Assembly (NCBI RefSeq): GCF_018977255.1
Contig: NW_024704742.1
Location: forward strand, 119,228,001 to 119,292,000
Source of the DNA: Callorhinchus milii
Lineage: Eukaryota
DNA: 64,000 bases
Direction of reading: 5' to 3'
The notes under the pieces were generated by a model. The model saw only the letters and a program-made list of their open reading frames with translations, was not told the DNA's origin and did no database searches. This document shows positions 39,630 through 50,560 of this stretch, in pieces. Every line of letters starts with the position of its first letter. Positions within the stretch are counted from its first letter, which is position 1. Position numbers and translations under genes: made by a program.

Positions 39630-42600
39630 AACACACGTTGGAACACAGAAACAGGTAATTCGTGTAAGTTCTTGTTACAGCCTTAAAATGTATGCAAATA
39701 ATGATTTCAAAACATAATAAAATTGAATATTTGAAGAAGTAAGCTCACTAATTAGGTGAACTTCAACAGGAGACATTGTAACGTCCCTTATTATCCACAG
39801 AGTACTGAAATAAATACTGAAACATTGAAAACATTTTTCATTAAAACTGCAGCAGCATCTTTGGAATTTCACAGATACACTACACCTTCATTATAAATCT
39901 CAGTCCTCAGGAGCCAAGCATTTTTCATGTTGTAACAAGATGTGAGCTATATTGAACACCCTTAAATGAAACATTAAAACTTCATAGGTAAGATTCAATA
40001 CCTCACATCAGAAAGAGCACAGCAACTGAGAACTTTCTACCACAAGCTTGCAGATATGTCTCTTTCCAACAGATTTAATAAAACTCCGGCATCAAAAAGA
40101 AAACAACTTTGCTAAATATTCTAGGTTGTCTGCATGTGTGTGATGTAAAATATCAAACGCACTAAGAATGCCGTTATAAAGCTATTGCAAACCAGTAGAC
40201 CCATCTCAAGACCCTCCTCTTCGGCCGTGCTTTCAATCATCCTGCCTCCCCAATCCCAACCCCCAATTCGGGTCCGAAACACTGCCCAGCGCCTTGGGAC
40301 GTCCTCCTGACATGAAAGATGCTATACAAATGTAATTTTGTCATTGCTTCTGTATTCAGAAGTTAGACCTTTCAGTATGTATACATTCAGTATACTAAAC
40401 GCCATTAATACAACATGAAAAACGTTTAGCTCCTCAAGGTCCACAGACCATAGAAGTGTACAGCAGTGAAGCAGGCCCTTAAGCCCACCATGTCTGTGCT
40501 GGCTCTTGAAAGAGTGTCCCATTCAAACCATGTTTCTGCCTTTTCACCCTACCCGCGTAATTTATTCCTTGTTAGATATCCATTTACAAAATACAGAGTC
40601 ACTGCATTTTACAGTGAATCCTGGGAACTGCTTTGTGATGCTTCAACAAAAGTGCAATATCAAATGCAAAGATTATCATTATCTAGTTCCATCTTGAAAA
40701 CTAATATTTTAATCAAAACAATGTAATTAACCCTTCAAATACCCACATCGCTGGAAAAGTTTCTGCTCCCTGGGTCAGCCTTCAATGTTTAATGATATTT
40801 TAGCATTGGAGAATATTCAGCACCCATATTCCGATGCTGAAAGTTAATCAAATAGTTGTCCAGTTGACTCACAAAAGAGATTGCCTGCCAATTCGAGCTT
40901 TAAAATGAAGTGTTGGGATTGGCTGTGAAACTAGTTCCAAGAATTTTTCTTCTTACTCCCAACAAATAAACACACCTATATTCAAAGCAACTCTTGGGCT
41001 GCAACTTCTGTGGGGAGCAGTACACAATTAAACATGGCAGGGGATTCTGTAAGGCTTTGTGAGAGATTCAATATTTAGTGTATTGGTTATTAATTTCCAG
41101 ACTAAGATGCACACAAGTAAAAAAAATTATCAGCCAGTGATTTATTGGACATGGGGTGGGGGGAGGTGGGGGGGAAGAGAGCCATTTGAATAAATTCTCA
41201 TTGCAGGACAGCAAGGATTTAGACTGGCATTTTAAAGGTGGATGGCCATGCAAATCTCAAATGCTGTAGCAATGACATTCATTAACCATTATGAGAATAT
41301 AGATTGGGGACTTTTTCTTCTTTGCTGGAGAATTGACATTTTAATGTTAGGTCTCATCAAGCCCAAACTTAACTATATTCATGAGAAAGAGGAACAACCA
41401 AAAGACAATGTTCTAAGATTACACCAGAATCAATTGTTGCAATAATAAAGGAGAGGAAATGAAAGTATTAATCTAAAATACTTATGTCAGTATAGCTTGA
41501 AATTTACTAAACCTTTAAAAAAAATTATAAAAATCACCAGGAAATATAGACAAATCCCAAACCAATTTATAACAATGAAAATAGCATCTAAAATTGTCAT
41601 CTCTCCTTCCCCATTAAGCTGCCAATTGAGGTTCAATGCCTGAGCTTGTACTTGAATGGTAGTGGTACTAGACACAAGAGGCTGTCTGAACCCATGGAAC
41701 CCGTTCCCAGCAAAAGACCTCAAATCCATAAGAGATTTGAAGCCAGTTATATGGGAGGACAATTTTCTAGAGTTCAGTGTTTCTCCAAACCAAATCTCAG
41801 TGTAAATTATAACCTATTCATTCCTCAGTCATCTACAGATCAAACTGTGTGAATATGTTGCAGTATAAATACCGTATATAAAAAAATGAATTTGTCCCCA
41901 TATTATAGCCACTAAATGTGAACACCATTCAGTTTGTCACTGACATCCATTGAGCCAGCCAATTTCATTAGGGATGCAAAGAAAACACTACAGCTTCATA
42001 CAATAGTGGCACAGGATTTGTACATTACAAATGTGGTGGTGGCAGGAGAGAGAGAGAGAGGCAACTAAAAGTTCTAAGCATTAATAAGTTGTCAATTTTG
42101 TAAGAAACTTTTTTTCTATAAAATCAGAGTAGTTGGACTCCAGTCCAGTCTCCTACTCTATGTTCCCAAGCTTGTGGGGAGATGCCAAATGGAGGCCTTG
42201 CAGCTTCCTGCAACAGAGGGGAGTAAATACTGAATGGGAAATCTTCACCATGCTGCTCTTGTACACCTCCTAGAAGGTAGCAATACTAGCAATGGCCAGA
42301 AAGCGGAATATTTTCTGAGCCCCAGAGATAGATAGTTTAAGCAAAAATGATAAAGGAAAAGTGATATGTAAATCAATGGAAACCGTGGCAACAATGAAAC
42401 CTTTGATCAGAAAATATATTTACATGATAATACCGCCTGCAACCATTAATCTCAAGCTACCAACAAAATAAATTAATCAGTAAACTATAAAATAAACTAC
42501 TCAAATTCACAGTAAATAAAAAAAATTAACTGACACTACAAACTGCCCTTCTAGTCAGCCATAGATACAGATATGAAATGCACAAAGTTTAACCCACATT

Positions 42601-43584
42601 TCCTTCCTTTCCTTCAAGGTGAACTCTTCCAAGTGATTGATTTGGATCACTCAATTTGATTTCTCAATTCGGTGGGCACAAGTCCCCAAAACAAATTTAC
42701 TGTTAATCTCCCAGTAAATTGACCATCTGCGGCTACTTTAATAGCTAATATAAAAGAAAAGGAAATGTTACACTAATGCAGCAGAGGGTGCTCTTCAGAG
42801 GTTTAGGTAAGGAACACAACTGAAGCAGTGTACAGGAAAACTTACTGTATCTAACCCAAAAACATTAGTGCTAAATCTGTGTGAAAGTAGGAAACATATG
42901 TTTCCCCAGCACAGTCATACCTCATCTTTACAAATATGCAAAAAAAATTCAATCTGAAGGACAGAACACAGCTGGAACTAGATTTATTCCATTATGTAGC
43001 TTTTTAGAATGTCCAGAATTTGGCAAATTCAGCCTTATCTTTGCAGTTGGTTTTCTGTGCAGTTCTGTAATTAAACATTTGTCAAATCCCGGACAATCTC
43101 AAACACTGTATAAATAGAGTAAATCCATACTCTGGAACTGCTTCCCAAGAATCATCAAAAATGTGATCAAGTTTTAAAAATGTGCTGATGTCGCTGTGTA
43201 ACATCTGGCAGCGCATTACAATTAATGTGCCCAACATTATTACAGTTGGTGTTAGCTGACCAGAATAAACGGTACAATGCAATTATGGATCTTCTTGTAT
43301 GCACTTGAAAGTCCACCACACTTAGGTACAACAAGTGTAAATTAAAGCAGATTATTCTATTGCTAGTTTCAAGTGCTTAAATCAACTAATTGTGGATGAG
43401 AATGGTGACTAAGAATTACATATATAAAAAAATCAGGCCAGGCAATTCCAACAACTGAAAATGTGTACAAACTGTACATTTTCCTTTCAAGATGATCATC
43501 CTATTAAGCATCTCATACTACATTGCCACTTTTTAAACATACATATTCCCAGATCCCCACCCAAGAAAAAGTGAAAACACTGAC

Positions 43585-43914
43585 CTTGCTGGTCAGCATC
43601 TTCTGATTTCAATGGATTTGGAGCCACGGGCAATGGCCTGGGAGGCCTCGGCTTGGGTGTTGGAGGTGAATTTTCCTGTAGCCATAGAATTGTACATATG
43701 TTCCTGGGAAATCCCCTCTTTCCTGTGTTGTTTCGTTTATCCCATTGAGCCAGCCAATTTCATCTGGTCTAGCTTCGTCTCCTTCGCCAAAACCCAGAGC
43801 AAATAAGGAACTTTTTGTGACCACCAATATATCACCAGAGTGTAAATCTATATCTTCTTCTCGTTCCTTTCTGTATTCATATAGAGCTTGATACTGATAT
43901 CCATCAGCAGTCAT
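43585..43914 (-). CDS. PIK3R1: First coding exon of PI3K regulatory subunit p85-alpha (SH3 domain + first proline-rich region); gene continues beyond the left edge
   Basis: Translation [82 protein letters not shown] closely follows p85-alpha ([30 protein letters not shown]...[21 protein letters not shown]). After a 1-nt shift at ~43670 it continues [28 protein letters not shown]. It ends at a phase-1 donor CAG CAA G|GTCAGT (intron starts 43584). ATG at 43914-43912 has A at -3. Confidence 0.95.
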
Positions 43915-44311
43915 TTTCACCTTTTTTTCACCCTGTGGACAAGGTATGAAGATAGTGGAAGAGTATACCAGTCTTTTTGTCTCTTAGATACCCAGAGGTA
44001 ACATTCAAGAATCACAGGGCATATCACTTTGAAGAAGAATTATCTAACAGTTGTTTTCATCCAAAATGTGATGTAAAGCACTTGATGGCTCAACCACTTC
44101 CACCACTGCTATGCAGCATGTCTCTTTAAAAATAAGTGCGCTTCTTTTTTTCCTTTAGTTGCACTTCAGTTAACATCAACCCGTCGGTCTTTTTAAAAAA
44201 CGTACCAAGTTGCAAAGCTGAATTGTTTAACGCACCGCTGTGGTACTTCACATGCAAAATGTCCATTGGATTAAAAGCAAACTACTATTTGCTGCAGCAA
44301 GCAGTTTTAAC
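43915..44311 (-). other. PIK3R1: 5' UTR portion of PIK3R1 exon 2 (~397 nt)
   Basis: Acceptor tgcattttcttcctcctAG|gttaaa (AG at 44313-44312). Repeat-free sequence runs from there to the main ATG. Confidence 0.8.
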
Positions 44312-46199
44312 CTAGGAGGAAGAAAATGCAGATTTTTTTTTAGAAACGTAAAGCAACATTTCATCTAGAAATGTGACTTGACATAATTGTAAATCACCAA
44401 TGTGACTGATCTCCAAATGACCAGTCTAAGATCCATATTTATGGACAACTGTAAAATTGGATTTGTTCCACAGCTGACAAATATAGACACTGCAACTCAA
44501 ACTGAATCCTGTGAATAACAACACTAACTGAGAGGAGACAAATCTGAATTCTGTTTGAGTTGTTTCTGAGATCAAACCAGTTATTAGAAAATGTTCCTTA
44601 GCATTCACATATGACATTTATGAGATGAAACACTGCAAAGGATCACTTGCAAGCATTCTAGTTTTTAAACCAATGAACAATGACTGAGACATTGCCAAAA
44701 ACATCATGACTAAATTTCTGGGATATGATTTTGAAATGCCTGTACCAAAGTACTGAATAATTGGAGGTAGTTCTCAAATTTCAAACTGAAGCTAGGCTCT
44801 TACCCCTTAAAATTCTGTTTAACATCACAAGAGAGTTAGTTTTTCCCCCCCAAAAGGCTTTATACCATTTGGCAGTTTGAGGATTTAAATTCTGTACTAC
44901 TCTGGATTTAGGCATTGTCAGACATTAATCTTATACTGCCCAGACTCAGAATATTCAAGAGAAATTAAATTTTACGACTAGCAGAATTGGATCTCTTATA
45001 CAAAGAGTTAGAAGGAACTAACAATGTGAGCAAGGTCATTGGACTCACTGACAACTTACAAATTGAACTAAAAAAGTGATATTGTACAAGAAATGCGGTC
45101 AATCCAAAGCAATGTTTTCTACACAATAACATGTGGCAAAGAACTGGTGCTTCAAGTGATCCCTTCATTATAAATAGTTTATCAAAACCAGGTCCCTGAA
45201 ATGAATTCAGAATGAACTAATTACTATTTGCCTCAGCAAAATTTGCACGCAAGACTTATGCAAGTATCAGTATTTGAACAGCTTAAAATTTAATAGAAAT
45301 ATTTTTCACCTCTGATAAATATAATCAAAAACTGGAAATGGCAACTTAAAAGTTTGGGAGTTACTAAGAAAACCAAATAACCCCCAGAATCAGCAGCATG
45401 TGGATTTGATTATTGATATTGCAGCTTGAAAATTCAGTGTACTGTGTATTTCTAAAGCAAACGCCTCATAATACAATAACTACTGTGTCAAATAAAATAT
45501 CAACACAGGTGTTGATATCACAATTACTGTTTTAAATTCCAAATGTTCATAAAATTGCAGGGGTCACCAAATGTTTTTTGTTCACATATTATGTGAATAA
45601 ATCCAGCAAATTCGCATAAAAGGCATTATAGAGTAAATTGTGGATTGAGCAAAGGGCTACTTTTGCACCGGCATTTCATTTTAATTCAATTCTTCATCCA
45701 CATCAGACGAGGCACAAAGCCATTAATATTCTTCAGTACAACACATCCAATTCTAGATTTAGATCGCGAGAGCAAATCTACAGTCCATTGCATCCATTCT
45801 TCATTTTGCTTATCCAAAAGGGAAAGGCTCTAATGCACAATGTGTACAGTAACTCGAGGCACAGCAGTCCAGCCATATGGGTTGGGTTGTATTATATATA
45901 TATATATATGTATATAGCTACGTGTTTAGTATGCTCGACACGCTGACAGAAATTCAAATGCTAAACCCAGCAAAAAAAACATTTAAATTAAACTGAACCA
46001 AACCCAATACAGATTGCAATACAGCACTTTTGTGTGTGTGTATATATATATTTTTTTAAAAAACCACCCAATGGTCTAAAGAAATGCTGAGACAAAACCC
46101 GTTTCACTTCCACGATCCAATATGCAACTCAGACAAACGCTATGTTTTATGGTGTGTGTGTGTGTGGGGGGGGTTTCTCCCTTTTTTGTAATACAGGAT

Positions 46200-46960
46200 A
46201 ACCACCGGCGTCAGAATTTCACTTCAATAAAAGTGCTCAACGGCAGCGGGTGCGCTTCGCTTTCAACCATTACGTTAAAAATAATAACCACCACAAAAAA
46301 AGTTTCATTCGCCTCGCGATCGGCCAACCGCGCGGGGGTGCGAGCGGCTTCTCTCCCTCCCGCAGACGGTGTTCGAGCCCCGCGGACACGGGAGGACGGC
46401 GACGACCTACCTCGCTGCTCGCCGTCTCCCTCCGTCTGTCTGGCCGACCCGACTGGCCGTCGGCCTCCCGCAGCAGAGGATGGAGCCCAGCCCGGTGCCT
46501 GTCTGCTCTGTGTCGCCCGTCCACACCACCTCCTCCTCCTCCTCCCACATCCACCAGCGGGGTCGGGAATGAATTAAATCTCCTCAACCGCCACCGCCCT
46601 CTCGGGACCCAGACGGTGGCTCGCGAGCGTTGTGATTTTTAACGGTCGAGCACGAACCTGTCGTGTCTGACGTGACGTGAGGGGAAGGTGACGCTCGCGC
46701 TCCAGCTCGCGGTGCCTCTGCCACCACAACCGCCGCCTCCCAAAGGCTCCGGGACCCGCGGAACAAAGCCACACGTCAATCCGCGCAGCGCAACGCAGCG
46801 CAGCTCACCGCCCCGCCCCGCCGCTGTCTGATTGGTCGCTCGCCCGCCAGCCTGCCCCGCCCCGCCCCGCCCATTCCCCTCGCGGCCTGTCAATCTCGGC
46901 GCTCTTCCTTCACGAGACGGAAATTCCCCACCACTCACTGAGAGGTGGGGAATTTCCTTG
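46200..46960 (-). promoter_or_regulatory. CpG island / PIK3R1 promoter
   Basis: Only long GC- and CpG-rich stretch in the window. Tandem GC boxes (46808-46822, 46855-46872), NF-Y CCAAT box (ctgATTGGtc, ATTGG at 46831-46835), CRE-like TGACGTGACGTGA (46668-46680) and cacgtca (46772-46778), palindrome GCTCGCGAGC (46619-46628), paired kB sites (46919-46957). Confidence 0.9.
46411..46620 (-). other. PIK3R1: Putative non-coding exon 1 of PIK3R1 (5' boundary/TSS approximate)
   Basis: Strong donor GAG|GTAGGT at 46411/46410 inside the CpG island, downstream (minus sense) of clustered promoter motifs. The TSS cannot be fixed from sequence. Confidence 0.65.
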
Positions 46961-47376
46961 TTAAAGTCACTGGTCACTCTCTCTCCCCCCCTCCCCCTTC
47001 CTCTCATTACCAACACCGCTGGGCATTGCACAGTGCAGTACTGAGACAATCTAGATTTTCATCTTCTTCAAACTGCACTCAGACTGAACCTAAAAAACTG
47101 CAATTGACTGCCGTGTTTCGCCCCCAAAATACACAGTTAATTCACTTTTCAATATATTCTGTGAAGCCCTTTCAGACGTCTCAATGACTTGATAAGCTGC
47201 TGTATCAAATGCAAGGATTTTTATTATCGTCCCNTTTTTTTCTATTCCTGAAGCTTATGCAATGCCCAAATTGCATGTTTTGTGTCTTAACGTTTTTAAC
47301 GTAAAAAAAATTGAATTGAAGCATTAATATTATAATTTTAAAACATCTATTTTGCAGTCCTTGCACTTAGTTATTA

Positions 47377-47742
47377 TGGAGTCCTGCAGCATAGTGGTAG
47401 AGCACTCGCCTCTCAAGCGAGAGTATCCGGGATCGATTCCCGGTCAGGGCAAAACCTTAAGGAAAATTTCCTTATTCCACACGCCTCTGTTTACCTAGCA
47501 GTAAATGGGAACCTGGTTGTTAGTTAATTGGCGGATCGCTATCTGGGCTAATAATCCCTCCCAAGAAAATTTGGTCACTCAGTCCATGATTATTTGTGGG
47601 ACACTGCTGTGTGTAATTGGTTGCCATGTTTTGCCAACAAATTACACGATCAACCCACTTTACAATATATTCTGTGAAGTGCTTTGAGACGTCCCAATGA
47701 TGTGCTAAGGAGCTATGTCGAATGCAAAGATTAATATTATTT
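47377..47742 (+). mobile_element. DeuSINE young family, long form (3' fragment also at 47095-47227)
   Basis: ggagtcctgcagcatagtggtagagcac head; contains the 63-bp segment 47486-47548 that short-form copies lack. Confidence 0.88.
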
Positions 47743-47789
47743 AAGGTTTTTTCACTATTAGGGCTCTCCAAGTACCATTGATTCAATAA

Positions 47790-47960
47790 CTAATTTTAAA
47801 AACGCGGTGGACGAGTATTTGAGGAGGACGGGTTTTCAGGGTTATGGGGAAAGGGCTGGGGAGTGGGATTGACATTAATTGCTCTATTCAAAGAGCCGGA
47901 ACAAATTCGATGGACCGAATGGCCTCTTTTTGTGCTGTACGATTCTATGATTCTATGATT
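47790..47960 (+). mobile_element. CR1 3' end with (attctatg)n tail (related: 26690-26845, 40440-40600 -, 61550-61720)
   Basis: gggttatggggaaagggctgggga...gaccgaatggcct...tgtgctgtacgattctatgattctatgatt. Confidence 0.82.
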
Positions 47961-48123
47961 CATTTCAGGAGTTGGGGGAGAGATCAGGTTAGTTAATCAA
48001 CCATGCTCAATTCCAGCCCTCTAGTCCAATGCTTAGAAGACAGCTTGTAGCCATCAGTCTTAGCCAGGCTGTTTGGGTGTCTCACATTCCATTTAATTTT
48101 CCTTTCTGCTATGTCTTCTTCTG

Positions 48124-48372
48124 TGTCAGCTTGCTCATTGGGTAGCACTCCTCTCTGAGACAGATGTTTGTGGGTTCAAGCCCCATGTTGGGTCTTAGAA
48201 CTCATATCATCAAAGTTTACTCAGTGTAGTGCAGAGGTGTGTGAAGTATTGTTGGAGGTGCCATCCTTCAGGTAGGATATTAAACTAAAATTCCATCTGC
48301 TTGTTCAGGTGGATGTTACAGATCTCATGGCACTTTTCGAAAAGAGAAGTTTCTCCTGATGTCCTGGCCAAA
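48124..48372 (+). mobile_element. Older DeuSINE (related copies 27330-27548 -, 28912-29070 +, 51190-51360 -, 52110-52290 -, 56935-57048 -)
   Basis: gtcagc..gctca..ggtagcactc..ctctgag..tgtgggttcaagcccc head and ggaggtgccatcctt..ttaaac..gttcaggtggatgtta..gatctcatggcact core. Confidence 0.75.
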
Positions 48373-48479
48373 TTTAGATCTGAAATAGGCATCTTTTGTA
48401 GATAGAATGTAAGATTGTAGTTTGTTTGTCAGAGATCAAGGATAGATGAAACCAATATTTGCATATGACTAGTGACCAT

Positions 48480-49040
48480 CAAACTTGGGGAGGGAGAAAT
48501 CAGCAGAGTCTCCTTGGGCTGAGTTTGCCCCAAGGTGATGTGCTTGGCAATGGAATGTTGGGATCGTCACCCCTCTACGGTGGTTAGTTCCTGAGCCAAA
48601 TAGTCCACAGTACTCCACGGCACTACTGATGATGAACTAACCAATCAGTTGGACCTGGAGGGGCAGACTGGTCACTGGGGACAGGAATTCTTCCTACTCA
48701 TTACCTCTTAATCCTGCAAGCCAAAGCAATAACTGGTCCTTGCTGGACAAGCAGCAGGAAGCTTGCCAATAACAACAAATTGCATTGATATAGCTCCTTT
48801 CACATCAGGAGGATGCCAAATGTGGTTCTCAATTGCAAGTTACACGGTTTACTTGGTAAAATTCTAACAATTACCCAACGCATACTCCGGGTCCCCAAGC
48901 CTTGGTTTTTGCCAACCTTTGCCTTATACTTTCCATCATTCACATGTTGCATTCCTCCAGGGAGAGAATGCACCATGAGAATGCATTCCATTCTAGACAC
49001 CGGGAAATTTCCATTTGTAGGTGGCATACATATGTGGAAT
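48480..49040 (+). repeat. Unclassified old interspersed repeat; homologs 10610-11040 (-), 32270-32385 (+), 54740-54845 (+)
   Basis: Shared motifs ggtccccaagccttgg, cagggagaga..tgcattccattc, gggaaatttcca and gctgag.tt.c.cccaag.tga in collinear order. Confidence 0.65.
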
Positions 49041-49829
49041 TCTCAGCTTGATTCGGATACGCTTAAAAAGATGAAGGGTTGTTGCTTATATTACATACCT
49101 AACCGGCCAACACACACCCAAACCAGTTACTCTTGCACAAATGTCCTATACTTGCTTAAATAACAAAGTGTCAAGTAAGGACGGTTGTTTATAATTTATT
49201 GTCTCTTGATTTCTCTCCCCACCCAGCACAGTGCTAACCTTTCTCTCTTTCCACAATGCCAACCTCCCTCTCTCTCTCTCTCTCTCCTCAACCTAGTGGT
49301 AAGCCTTCTTTCTCCCCCACAGTGGCAGCCCTTCTCACTCTCTCCTCTCTTCCCCCTTTGGTAACTGCCTTTTTTCACAGCTGTTTTCACAGCATACTTT
49401 CCTGTATTCTAATTGCCTGTGGCCCTTAACCATTCAGAAGGTCTTTCTCCAGATTGGTCTGACTTGTTGCCCAGGAAACAATTGAATTTCCTGTCACTTC
49501 TACAAAGCTTTTTTTTAAAAAATCGCCTTCTTTACTTATGGTGGAAGTTTGAACCAGCAACTAGCTGGCTCACGAAATAATCAACTGTACTGATAAAAAA
49601 AAATCCTCAATGTGGTAACCGTAAGCCATGGTTTACTTGACCTCGGAATGCTTGATTCTGATAGTAGATACCAAAAATGGGAACGTTATCTATATCCTAG
49701 CACTAAAATCTCTCATTTTGATAAGCACTAAAAAAAAATGTAGACGCTTATCTTTATGTGCTGTCTGGTATATCATGTTTCTCCTTTTATATCCCCTTTT
49801 AGTTTCAGCTATCTCATTATTTTTTATTC

Positions 49830-50560
49830 AGTGACTTGGAACTTGACTGATGCCTACCGCAGTTGAAACCCTTATCCATGCATTTGTCACCTTCCACCTC
49901 AATTTTTCCAATGCTCTCCTCACCCAGCTGCACCCTTCTTGACTCCAATCCCAAGTTCGGGTGTAAGGCCTCGACTGTCCAGCATGTTGGGAAAGTTTTG
50001 TAATACTATGCAGAACTCTGTAGCCGGTTCTCTCCAGCAGTAGGCTCCTGGAACCTTGCTCAATTCCATTGCGCCCCATCCCCCAATGGATCAACTTCAA
50101 GATCCTTGTTCTCCCATTTACATCCCTCCACGATCTCGTCCCATCCTACCTCTATGATCTCCGTCACGCCTAATAATAATCCCTCCAAAACAAAACAATA
50201 ATAAATTGGTCATTTTCAGTCCATGACTGTTTGTGGGACACTACTGTGCACAATTGGCTGCCGCGTTTCGCCCACAAATGTACAGTCGGTTCACTTTACA
50301 GCATATTCTGTGAAGCGCTTTGAGACGTCTAGAAGACGTGAAAAGCGCTATATCAAATGCAAGATTATTATTATTATTCAACCTTGGTCGCTCCCTCTAG
50401 TCTGCTTCATATTCCCCACATCATCCGCGCCACCATTGGCTTTCAGTGTACCTGCCTCCTTCAACTCATCCCTTCCCTTTCTCCTTCAAGATCCATCTCA
50501 AAACCTTCCTTTTTAACCACCTATAGTGATGTGAAAGGCATTATATAATGTAAATTTGTA
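49830..50560 (+). mobile_element. Old LINE2 3' fragment interrupted by a DeuSINE 3' part (50165-50378)
   Basis: gaaacccttatccatgcatttgtcacc and caatggatcaacttcaagatccttgttc LINE2 motifs. LINE2 sequence resumes after the SINE's (att)n tail. Confidence 0.75.

Larger units (their letters stand above)
1..43584 (-). other. PIK3R1: PIK3R1 intron 2 (at least 43.5 kb, not closed in window)
   Basis: Begins at donor GT 43584-43583. I saw no RhoGAP/BH-domain exon (ALTLPDL-like) in the ORF track or by eye, but a short exon could be missed. Confidence 0.7.

Noticed and set aside
43915..43920. Upstream GTG start (MKMTADG...) given by the ORF track
   Set aside because: Bacterial-style start call; homology places the start at ATG 43914.
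46122..47049. Multiple overlapping 100-150 aa ORFs on both strands
   Set aside because: Expected stop-codon scarcity in a CpG island; low-complexity products with no recognisable domain.
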